Positions 21,801 through 37,230 of a DNA stretch of 64,000 bases are shown piece by piece. Below the pieces are notes generated by a model. It had not been told where the DNA came from and ran no database searches. It was given only the letters and a program-made list of their open reading frames with translations. The stretch covers positions 243,912,055-243,976,054 of the forward strand of contig NC_133622.1 in the NCBI RefSeq assembly GCF_048593235.1, written 5' to 3'. Positions within the stretch are counted from its first letter, which is position 1, and each line of letters starts with the position of its first letter. The translations under genes and the position numbers were made by a program. The DNA is from Sminthopsis crassicaudata (Eukaryota).

Positions 21801-22649
21801 CTCCCCCATGGGCCCTCCCCGTCTCGGCCCAGTGGGAATCATTCCTGACTCACTCGAGCCGCCGCTGGGCCTGTAAGGAGGGACCCCAGCTTGCCGTCGG
21901 CTGGACAAAGGAAACCACCGCGTTTGTCCCGTTGGCTAACGGCACCAGCAGCCGCTCGGGAGGAGGGAGGTCTGCAAAACCGGGTTGTCCCAGGCTGCCT
22001 CAGGGAGTACCTCATGGCAGCCTCACAAGCAACCCCGACGGAGGGGGCTGCCACAGTGCGCCTCTTACAGATGCGGAAGGGAGGCATGCAACATTTGCAC
22101 TCTGGTCCAGAGCGAGATCCACTGGACCCCAACAGACAATTTATATGACCTTTAAAGAGTTAAGCTTTTATTACGCGATTACGACGCCGAAACAGCACAG
22201 CAGGAAACAAGGTGAGAAGTTAGAACCTGGGTCTTCCAGACTGACGGACTCCGAGCCAGTTCATTGGCTGGCCCGCTCGTTCGGCCCCGCCCCCCGACTT
22301 ACGGAAACCTCTACGTGGCCCCGCCCCCTTTGCCTATCATTTGTCGCTTCCGCTTATTGGCCTAAAGCCCCAACCTTCACGCCCTCCCTAGAAGCTGATT
22401 GGCTAGTTTCCAAGAGCATCCGTACTCACCTGGGAGCTCCCGCATCAGGTAGAAGGGACCGCACCCAGCTGCGGCCTTGTCAGCGCCAGGAGGAGCTGGG
22501 GCCGCAGCGGGCGGGGGCACCGTTCCGGGGCCCCCACCGGGAGGAGGAGGAGGCGGAGGGGGCGGCTTCCCCGGCCCAAAGCCCAGCGCGGCTGGTGGCG
22601 GCGGCGGCGGCTCGGTCTGGGCACCGAAAAGTGCTGTGAAGTTCTCCAT
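15790..22649 (-). CDS. MED19: Mediator subunit 19, 245 aa: complement(join(15790..15858,17778..17872,18336..18432,18527..18783,22430..22649))
   Basis: MENFTALFGAQTEPPPPP...GPFYLMRELP/GSTELTGSTNLITHYNL...RLHAGP/LPEQCRLMHIQPPKKK/ETPSDSDHKKKK/NRHSPEHPSMGSSQASSSSSLR*; GT-AG, frame-consistent. Confidence 0.97.
16140..17560 (-). mobile_element. L2 LINE relic in MED19 intron 4
   Basis: CCTGCCCTCAAGGAGCTTCCATTCT 3' motif, plus CTGGAGCTCAGGAGA and GGAGGAGAACCGGGAGAGAG typical of L2 ORF2 antisense; boundaries approximate. Confidence 0.75.
17778..17872 (-). CDS. MED19: MED19 exon 4 (95 nt), Lys-rich
   Basis: tatag|AAACTCC...AAGAAG|gtaggc. Confidence 0.95.
18040..18240 (+). mobile_element. MIR-type SINE
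   Basis: GGAATCAGGAGACCTGGGTTCGAATCCCAGC...TTTCCTCAGCTATAAAATGGG. Confidence 0.75.
18336..18432 (-). CDS. MED19: MED19 exon 3 (97 nt)
   Basis: ttcag|CTGCCAG...CCCAG|gtaaga. Confidence 0.95.
18527..18783 (-). CDS. MED19: MED19 exon 2 (257 nt)
   Basis: acag|GCAGCACG...GCCCG|gtgagt; Med19 core domain. Confidence 0.96.
20370..20615 (+). mobile_element. MAR1-type SINE relic
   Basis: GGAATCAGGAAGACTCCTCTTCCTGAGTTCAAAT...CAGTTTCCTCCTCTGTAAAATGAGCTGGA. Confidence 0.7.
21351..21495 (-). mobile_element. WSINE1-like SINE with a G7 run before the A-tail
   Basis: Full match to the other copies. Confidence 0.9.
22430..22649 (-). CDS. MED19: MED19 exon 1 coding part (220 nt)
   Basis: ATG at 22649; donor CCAG|gtgagt; Pro-rich N-terminus. 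Confidence 0.95.
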
Positions 22650-23161
22650 CGCACCGACCGCTCTGCCTCTGCCGCCACCGCCGCTGCCGCCGCCTCCACC
22701 GCCACCACCGCAGCTGCCGCCTCCGCCCACTCGGAGTCTGCCACCGCCGCGGCCTCTCATTGGGCAACTTTTTCGCAGAAACGCCCTCCTCTTCCCGGAG
22801 CTTCTATTTATTGGATGAGTCTGGCTCCACCGACCGCAAAACTTCCGTCGCTCTAAGATGACACAGAAGGAAATGTAGGTCGGTGATCAGAGACCGCCTC
22901 TCTCCCCGCCCACCCCGTTCACTACATCCAATCAGAGAGGAAAGCCGTGAGAGGCCAGCCTTTCAGAAAAGCCGTTCTTTCCGTGGTGTCCAATCACAAT
23001 TCAGCTCCCGGCGCAGGCTCCGGAGCGACAAAGGCGCTGTCCAATTGGGAAGCCCAGATGGCAGGAGGTTGAGGGACACTTTCGGCGTCCGGCAGGTACT
23101 TTGGCTGAGCGGCTCCGACGGCTGAGACTGCGGCGGTATCCGCGGCTTCAGGGCAGGGAAA
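22650..23161. promoter_or_regulatory. MED19/TMX2 bidirectional CpG-island promoter
   Basis: 512 bp between divergent ATGs; CpG-rich; ATTGG at 22759 and 22810, CCAAT at 22928, 22990 and 23041 (CCAATTGG palindrome). Confidence 0.9.
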
Positions 23162-29371
<6,210 letters not shown>

Positions 29372-29905
29372 GAGCTCCGCTCTTCCAGAGGGCCCTCTTC
29401 CTTTTTCCTGGTTTGCCTTTTCAGGCCCTGCCCTTAGTAATAAGGGGCTTCATAGACTGCTGCCTTTTAGTATTTATATTTATTCCTTATTTGGAATAGA
29501 CCTGGAACCAGGCCCAAGGCTGTCAGGGGAGGAATTAACAAGGCAGACAAAAGAATGTCTTTTGTGGCCAAGCTTCTCCTCCCATTTCACCAAAGGGGGA
29601 AAAAAAAAAATCAATTCCTTATCTTGGAAGGAGGAAGTTTATTCTGAATGTGAACATTTTTATATTGACTGGAGGCCTGGAAAAACAGAGAATGGGCTAC
29701 TCCAGAAGTCACGTGTCTTTACCATCCTGTGGTCCCTGTGTTCCTTCTAGAGGGAAGGAGCCTCTTCAGCCCAAACAGGTTTCAGCTTAGAGGCCTCACT
29801 AACATCTTCAGAGTCGATGACTTCATTTCCCTTAGGTCTTTCTGACCTCCTTTATTGCTATTTAACATTGGGTAAGAGTTTGAGCTTAACTCTGATTTGG
29901 GTACT

Positions 29906-29911
29906 AATAAA
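29906..29911 (+). terminator. TMX2: TMX2 candidate poly(A) signal (second candidate 30084-30089)
   Basis: AATAAA hexamers downstream of the stop and upstream of the SELENOH CpG island. Confidence 0.6.
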
Positions 29912-30469
29912 ATTCATTTACAACAAGTCTGCTCGAGAGGAGCGTGGAAAGGTGGGGTGCGAGTTGCTTTAAAGAGCAGTAATTTATTTCAGCACTCTTC
30001 ATCTGCCTCTGTGTTGGGGACTGGGGGGGGGCAGAAGTTTTATCAACTTTGTTTCTCTGTGTCCTACACTCCAAAATAGAGCAAATAAAAGTATCTTAAA
30101 GACTTCGAATATGGAGTGCCTGGTCCCTCGGGGCAGATTCTTATTTGTGTGAAGGGGAGGGCGAGATTCCATGTTCACCTCATGGTGTGGCATTGGGTTC
30201 ATCAGGGCTCTCAAAGCCTTTTCTCCCAAATCTCGTGGCCCCTTGGGGCAGTTGTAGGGCTGCCCTCCTGTCTTGTCTCACCACTTTTACTTCTGGGGAC
30301 CCAACAGCATCCCTATTACCTTGGAAGGCCACCCTGCCACTGCCTCCGGGCCCGTCTGATGGGCTGAGCGGCTGCTTGGCATTTCTCAAGAATTACTTAA
30401 TTTGGAGCCTTAGAACACCCCGAACTTGGACCCGTGGTCCGTGGGGGCTTGGTTTTCGGGACGGGCTTC

Positions 30470-31100
30470 GCGGAGCGGGAGCCCAAGATTGGCTCCCGGA
30501 AGTGTTTTCCCTTCACTAGACGGAAGTGCGGCCGGCTCCGCCGCTGCCCTCGGGTCTGGCAGCTCTTTCCGCGATCGCTCCTCTCCGGGCTCCGGGACCG
30601 AACCTGAGGCGCCCCAAGTAGGGCGGGTATTGAACCTGGCACCGCGCCAGGGGCGGGGCTGTTTCTTCATCTGCAGCAATGAGCCAGAGAAGGAAATGGC
30701 CAGTTGCGGCCGCAGGCCACTCTGGACTCCCGGGTTTCGGATTACGGACTCATTACGGGAGTGCGTGCTGGGGCGGTTGCAGAGTGGAAGGGAGGGTGGG
30801 AGGGGCGTGGCCGAGGGCGGAAGGGGACATCTGCGAGAGTGGGGAGATGTACACAGGGACATACCACTTAGAGAAGGAGGGGAAGGCAGAGGGTCCACGG
30901 GCTGTTGAAGGGCAGACGCCTGGCATCTTTCCCCGACTGTCCCTCCCCCCGCGCTCTGCCGCCGGTGGTTGCATCCAGACGCCCCGCCTCCCACGCGGGG
31001 GAGGGCGGGACCAGAGGCTGCGCACATCGCTCACTCTCGCCGAACTCGGCTACGCGGGCATTCTGGCCGGCTGATCCGCACGTGCCTTGTCCCCACGCGT
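30470..31100 (+). promoter_or_regulatory. SELENOH CpG-island promoter
   Basis: ATTGG 30488, tandem ETS/GABP-type CCGGAAGTG 30496 and CGGAAGTG 30521, GC boxes near 30650 and 31000; CpG-dense. Confidence 0.75.
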
Positions 31101-31103
31101 GCC

Positions 31104-31631
31104 ATGGCTCCTCGCGGGAGGAAGCGCAAGGCAGCCGAGGAGGCGCCCGAGAAGCCGGAGAAGCTGGCCCAGGGCGATGAGGCGGCCTCGGGAGCGGCCC
31201 GCGTGGTCATTGAGCACTGGTGCGGCGCGGGAGGGGGGGCGGGAGGAGGGGGGCTCCCGGGGCGGGAAGGGCCCGCCGGCTCACGCCCCTCTGTCTCCAC
31301 AGCCAGAGCTGACGCGTGTACGCGCGCCACGCCGAGGCCGTGGGCCAGGCGCTGCGACTGGCCCGCCCGGAGCTGCCCGTGCTGCTGAACCCCACCAAGC
31401 CCCGGCGCAGCAGCTTCGAGGTGACGCTGCAGCGCCCCGACGGCAGCCGTGAGTGCGGGCCCGGCCTGGGAGGTGGGGGCGCGGCGCCGAGCTCCCCTCC
31501 CCCACTCACCCTTGTCTCTTCCTGTCCCAGGGGTGGAGCTCTGGACCGGGATTAAGAAGGGCCCTCCCCGCAAGCTGAAGTTTCCCGAGCCCGGGCAGGT
31601 GGTGGAGGAGCTGAAGACCCAGCTGGCTTAG
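31104..31631 (+). CDS. SELENOH: Selenoprotein H, 120 aa, TGA at 31310-31312 = selenocysteine: join(31104..31219,31303..31448,31531..31631)
   Basis: GCCATGG start; MAPRGRKRKA (basic N-terminus)...VVIEHC|QSURVYARH...NPTKPRRSSFEVTL...ELWTGIKKGPPRKLKFPEP...QLA*; Rdx-family CxxU motif; introns of 83 and 82 nt. Confidence 0.96.
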
Positions 31632-31730
31632 ACGAGGCCCGAGCAGGGCTGACCCCGACGGGGTTGTTCCCAGCCCCCCTTCCTTCCTCCCCCCCCCCCC
31701 CCCGCCCCCTCGCTTGCAGCCCTCTGCCCC

Positions 31731-31791
31731 GGGAGCATCCATGACGGACCGGGACCAAAGCGCCAGTCACGGCCCCGAAGCTACAGCTCCT
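31731..31791 (+). other. SELENOH: SECIS element (form 1-like) in the SELENOH 3'UTR
   Basis: AUGA 31741-44, AAA 31757-59, GA 31777-78; helix II has 8/10 Watson-Crick pairs; helix I GGAGC(31732-36)/GCTCC(31786-90); folded by hand. Confidence 0.9.
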
Positions 31792-31835
31792 TCCTCGGGG
31801 GCGGCTGCAGGCCCCCTCCCCCCTCTAACGTGACT

Positions 31836-31841
31836 AATAAA
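31836..31841 (+). terminator. SELENOH: SELENOH poly(A) signal
   Basis: AATAAA 45 nt after the SECIS, with a GU-rich tract downstream (31860-31880). Confidence 0.85.
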
Positions 31842-31963
31842 AGTTGGGGTGCCGCATACCTTGTGCCGCGTCTGTTTGTTGGGGCAGCCGCGAACGCCCG
31901 GGCGTCTGGCCGATGCGCGCCCCGGCCCAGAGACACATGCTAGGTTGGGGGGACTGAAAGGTG

Positions 31964-31969
31964 TTTATT
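31964..31969 (-). terminator. BTBD18: BTBD18 candidate poly(A) signal
   Basis: TTTATT on + (AATAAA on -), ~365 nt past the BTBD18 stop. Confidence 0.7.
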
Positions 31970-32333
31970 ACTGATTGCAGCGCGGGCTCCCCTCAGAGCC
32001 TCTAGATGGCCGAGTGAACCGCGGCCGGGACAGCGCCGGGTTCCTCCTCCCCCTGCAGCTGGGCCGAGCTGTCCCAGGGGTCCCTCCCAAGCCTTGGGGT
32101 TTCTGGCTCCGGGTCCCACTTATTCCAAAGTCAGGCAGAACGGGCTGTCACTGCAAAATGTACAACTCCCCCCATCAAAATCCATGGCAGCGCCCCTTCA
32201 TCCGCCGGGCCCCCTCCCCGCGTCGGCGCGGCAAGGAGCGAGCCCCTCCCGGGCCGGAGCCCCCCTGGCCCTGCCCCAGGCCGGCCCCTGCTCTGCTGCC
32301 TCAGCCTACGACTCTCAGCCAAGCAGACGCGGC

Positions 32334-34381
32334 CTACGTCAAGACGTCCACCTCGGTCTCTGACTCGGACGAGGGGTCGGGCCACACGCAGAGGCTGGGG
32401 AAGGGCACCTGCCCGACCTGCGCGGTCCAGTCCACCACATCGATCTCCCCCTCCTCCTCCAGGCTGGCGGGGGACAGGGCCAGCTTCTCCGAGTTACCCA
32501 GCTCCTCCTGCTTGACCTCCGGGCAGGCTACTCCCTCCGGGTACAGTGTGTCATCAGTGACCGAGGGCTTCCCATAACTAGTGTCCACCCAGCTGGAGCA
32601 GGGAGGGGACAAGTCTCCATAGGGTGCGTGGAAATGGACAGGGGATTCAGGGCACAGCAGTTTCTCCCCCTGCACGTCCGGCTGGGGGCCGGGGGTCGCC
32701 GGCTCCGAAGTCCAGGGGGCGGCCACCGCCAGCCCTTCACCTTCACTGCCGTGGGAGGCCACGAGGGGGCTAAGAGGCTCTACGGATCCCTTATCCTCTC
32801 TCACCTTAACGGAGTCCTTCTCCAGCCCCGCAAACTCTCTGGGCCACAGCTCCACGTCTGGCAGACACCACTCTTCTCCTTCCACCCAGTTCTTCTCGGG
32901 CTCGGTGAGCGGGTAGGTGGGGGTCCTCGAGTTTCCAGCCCTGGGACTCTCCAGGGAGTCCACGGCGGGCCCGATGTCCGAGTCGCAGAGCATGAAGTCC
33001 AGGATCTCCTCGAGCTCGCTGGTGGCGGCGGCGCTGGTGATGCGGTACTCCTCCGCCTCACAGGGCTGGCCCAGTAGGGCCGGGACAAAGTCACAGGGCT
33101 CCCTGCAGTCTCCGCCCAACAGAGCTTCTTTGCCCACCATGTCGGGGATGTCTGGAAATTCTGACTTCACCATGGCCTGTTCTGGAAACTGGCCAGCGGC
33201 CAGCAGCGTCTCCTGGAGCCTGGAGCAAGCCGGAGAATCCAGCGAGCACAGGCTCATCTCCACGGCCGGCTTGCTCTCTTCTTCCATGAGGCCCAGGCCC
33301 GGCCCCTGAGTCTCCTCCCCGGACTCCCCCCCAGGCCCGGGGGTCAGCTGGCTCTCCTGAGAGTCCCTGGACGGAGATTCCTGGACCACCTCCCAACAGC
33401 TGCCGTTCACAATCTTGCGAAGCTTGACCCGTCCGACCTGGCCTTCCTCGGCCGAGTCGGAGCTGGGTGCCCTGGCCTCGGGGCTCCGCTTCTTATTCCC
33501 GCCCATCTTGGGGGTGAGGGAAGGACTGGAGGTCCCCTCCAGAAGGCCGCCCTTTCCGGGCCCCGGCTCCTCCTCGGTGATCTCCTTGCTCAACGTCTTC
33601 TGTCGCCACAGGCGGCGGCTGGGTGGCGCGGGGGCCGAACTGGGCCCCGTCACGGCGCTGAGGGACTTGGCCGAACAAACGTCGGGGGAGAGTTTTGTGC
33701 GGCTCAGCCTGATCTTCCTGGGCAGCAGAGGTTCGTCCACAATGGGGCTGGGGGGGAAAAGCTCGGCAGCTACGGGGCCCGGCACCCTCCGGTTCTCCTT
33801 GGGGCCTTGGCCCTGGCTCTTAGGCGAAGAGCTCTCTGCTTGTGTGGGAGGGCAGATCCGGGCCTTCCCCTTGATGGGGAAGGGGTCTGTCATTTCGGAC
33901 AAATGCTCTGTGCTCTGCCCTCTGCTTTCCTCCTGGGGATCCTCTTCTTTTCCTAAGAGCTTCAGCTTCCCGCCCCCAGGGGCACAGGCAGCTTGGGGAG
34001 GAGGGAGGGGAGTGCGGGGGCGGCGGCTGGGGCCCACCACTCGGGCGGAGATGGGGGCAGGGGGTGGCGGCTGCAAGCATTCCCGATTTAAGCGTCTGCT
34101 CTGGGCTGCCCGAACCAGCTTTCCACCTTCCAGCTGAAGCGACTCCAGCTCTGAGACTCGAAGCTGACGGGCTGCTAAAAGCACATCTTGGGCTTCTTCC
34201 CGGGAGACTTCCATCTCTGAGGTGTAGAGGAAATCCACCAACTTGCGCAGAGTCCCAATCTTCAAGCCCCCCAGCTCTAAGACCACCTTTCGGCCCTGGG
34301 CCGGCCGCTCCCGCTGGAGGCGCTCGGTGAAGAAGGGGCTGCAGGCTGAGAGGATGCAGCAGTGAGCTGGGACTGCCTCAC
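32334..34381 (-). CDS. BTBD18: BTBD18 large terminal coding exon (2048 nt)
   Basis: Open frame; BTB core followed by a long disordered tail. Confidence 0.96.
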
Positions 34382-37196
34382 CTGGAGGGGAACCCACCAA
34401 ACACATCAGTGTCACAAGTGGACATAGTGCTTCACCCCCACCCTCCACCCTCCTTTCCTCTTCCATGGAGCCTCAAATTGAAGTGGAACAAGTTCTGGAA
34501 TCACTGTCAGACCCAGAAGGGATGTTACACTTCTTTAGGATCAAGTTCTTCACTTTATAAAGAATGGGGCTTAGCTAGAAGGGAGGAAACTTACCTGAGA
34601 TCCCACCTGGAATACTAGGGCAGGGAGGCCTATGGGATGTGGGGTCTTCCTGACTCCTGGGCCCGCATCCCCTCTGAAATACTACATCCTAAACTACCCA
34701 ACTGTGCTTCTGTCTTCCAAGAGAACAAAAAAGAAGCGGATCCCTGAGCCAAATGTAACAACAAATGGAGACTATCTTCCGAGCAGTTTAGAGGTGTAAT
34801 TCCTAGGGAAATACCACTACTGTGCCTACAACCCTATGGCCCCACCCCAATGATATCAAAGAAATGCTCACCAAAATAGATTTTTAAAATCTCTTTTCGT
34901 AATCACTCCAAATGGGAAATTCCCCTGGGTTTTCTCTTAGAAATTTAAATTATTATAATGTGAATTTAATGGAATATTATTGTACCAGAAAAAATGACAA
35001 AATAGCTTCTGAGAAGCTTGGAAGACTTCTTTGAACTGATGCAGAGGAAAATAAGCAAAGCTAGGAGAACAATTTATATAGATGATATCAAAAACTGTTT
35101 GGAAAGGACTCCGTTAGTGCAATGATAAATGACAAGCCCAGAATCCGAAGGAGATCCCACCACTCCCCTCCTTCCAGAGAGGTGATGAACTTAACATGAC
35201 ATATATTTTTGGAGAAGGTTAATACAGAAATTTGTTTTGTTGACTATGCATGCTTATGAAGAGGCCTTTGTTGGAAGTCAAGATAATAAGAGGGATAAAT
35301 GATTTAAATGCATGTTAAAAAAAAAAATGTATTTACCAAAAAGAAAAAAAAATCCATAACTCTTAAGGAAGACATATACATATTAACTACTAGTTATTAA
35401 CAGGTCTACTTACTTCTCACTGGACACTTTGGCCTTTTTTCCTAAATAGTCTTCTTCCCTTAGAAAGTAAGCTCCTCAAGGGCAAGACCTCTTGGCTAGT
35501 ACTTATTCCTAGCACTTAGCAGAGTGTTTCAATTTATCTGGGGACGGGGAGCGAAGACGGGGAAAGAGAGAAGGATACTGAAAGAGCAATCCACTTGGCC
35601 CTCAAGCAATTACAGGGGTCAGAGATCACCACATCCTATGCTCTGTAAGAGGGGATGATAGGTCACACCTTGTAGGAAGAGACCACAGTTGCTAAGAGTA
35701 AGGATCGAAAAGAATGCAACAACAACAAAAGACACTCAACCAGCTGGAGAACTGTCCTGAGTTAATAGGGATCAGTGCTAAGTTTTACATTTGGATTCAA
35801 AAATAAATTTCCCTAATAATGGATGGAGATCCAGCTTATAAAGGATGTGGGGTTTTTTTGGTTTTGTTTTTTAGCAGGGGAGGCTGCAAAGATTAACACA
35901 GAGGAGAGCAGATAAAATAATATGTGAAAGGAAACACGCCACTTATTAAGGACCTACTATGTGCCCAGCATTAAATTTTACAATCATCAAATTCACTGAT
36001 CCTTCAAGAACCCTGGTAGATTGCTGCTATTAAATCTGGAACATATACTTTTACCTTCTGAATCCAATTCTTACTGTGCAACAAGAAAGAAATTCCATTT
36101 TACACAGATATATTTAGGATATACTATAACACATTTAACATGTATGGGATTGCCTGTCATCTAGGGGAGGGGGTAAAGGGAAGGAGGGGAAAATTCGGAA
36201 AATAAGTGAGTATAGGGGATAATGTTGTAAAAAAAAAAAAAAATTACCCATGTATATGTACTGTCAAAAAAAATTATAATTATAAAATTAATTTTAAAAA
36301 TGCTAAAAAAAAATCTGGAACATAAAAATTTGCAAAGGTCAATGTTGAAAACTATCTTTGCAGGGGCAGCTAGGTGGCACAGTGGGTAGAGCACCAGCCC
36401 TGAATTCAGGAGGACCCAAGTTCAAATCTGGCCTCCGACACTTAACACTTCCTAGCTGTGTGACCCTGGGTAAGTCACCTAACCCTAGCCTCAGGAAAAA
36501 AAAAAAAAAAGAAAGAAAGAAAACTATCTTTGCATGTGTTTGGAAAAATAAAATGCCATTAAAAAAAAAAAAATGATTTCAGGCCCCTTCAGTAGTCTAT
36601 TAGTCTCAATAGGTCACCCACAATGCCATATGAGAATGATCTAAGGCAGTTACTGGATTCAAGACTTTCTGTTTTAAGAAAGTTTTCTGTCTGTTCCAAG
36701 TATAAGTTGATATCTTTCTCTCTAGAGAAAATGAAGAAACTCATGGGACGGCTCTACAGAGTTCATGCTATCAGGGACATAAAGTGCTCCCCTCACATGG
36801 AAGCAAGGTTTTCATGGAGGGGAAAAAATCTGAAGTGGTAGTTGAGGCTGATGAAAAGGTAAAGGATGAATGTACAGTTATTTCACATCTCAGGGGCTAA
36901 GGGCATTATAGTCCCATGTTTGAGAAAATCTGTGTAAAAATGATTTGGCCTTCCTCTCGTCCCATGAGAATGATTTTTTCATGGGGTGTTTACAATAATT
37001 TACCGTATAATTTGGGTTAATTTTATACAACATTATACATATATTTTATGCACTTCTGGGTTTTTAAACCTTCTCTGTATCATCTGAAAAACTTCCAAAA
37101 ATTTCCACTTAATTTCTTATGCTGATCCTTGCTATACTGAAACTGAAGTGGGGAAAAGTCATGATGTGGAAGAGATAACTGTATACTCATAATTTG

Positions 37197-37230
<34 letters not shown>

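Noticed and set aside
21791-22639. 282-aa + strand ORF antisense to MED19 exon 1/intron 1
   Set aside because: GC-rich promoter-proximal sequence with no homology I recognise; likely chance.
22650-22760. Upstream in-frame ATG giving MED19 a 37-aa RG/Gly-rich extension
   Set aside because: The ATG overlaps a CCAAT box (22759-63), so it probably lies upstream of the TSS. The downstream ATG matches the conserved MENF start. 5' RACE could revive this.
32334-34466. 710-aa ORF as a single-exon BTBD18
   Set aside because: The first 28 codons are intronic. A proper acceptor (ctccag) precedes 34381, and the true N-terminal BTB exon is at 44218-44341.
37197-37228. Isolated A32 tract as a retrocopy tail
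   Set aside because: No upstream element body or TSD is evident; treated as a simple repeat.
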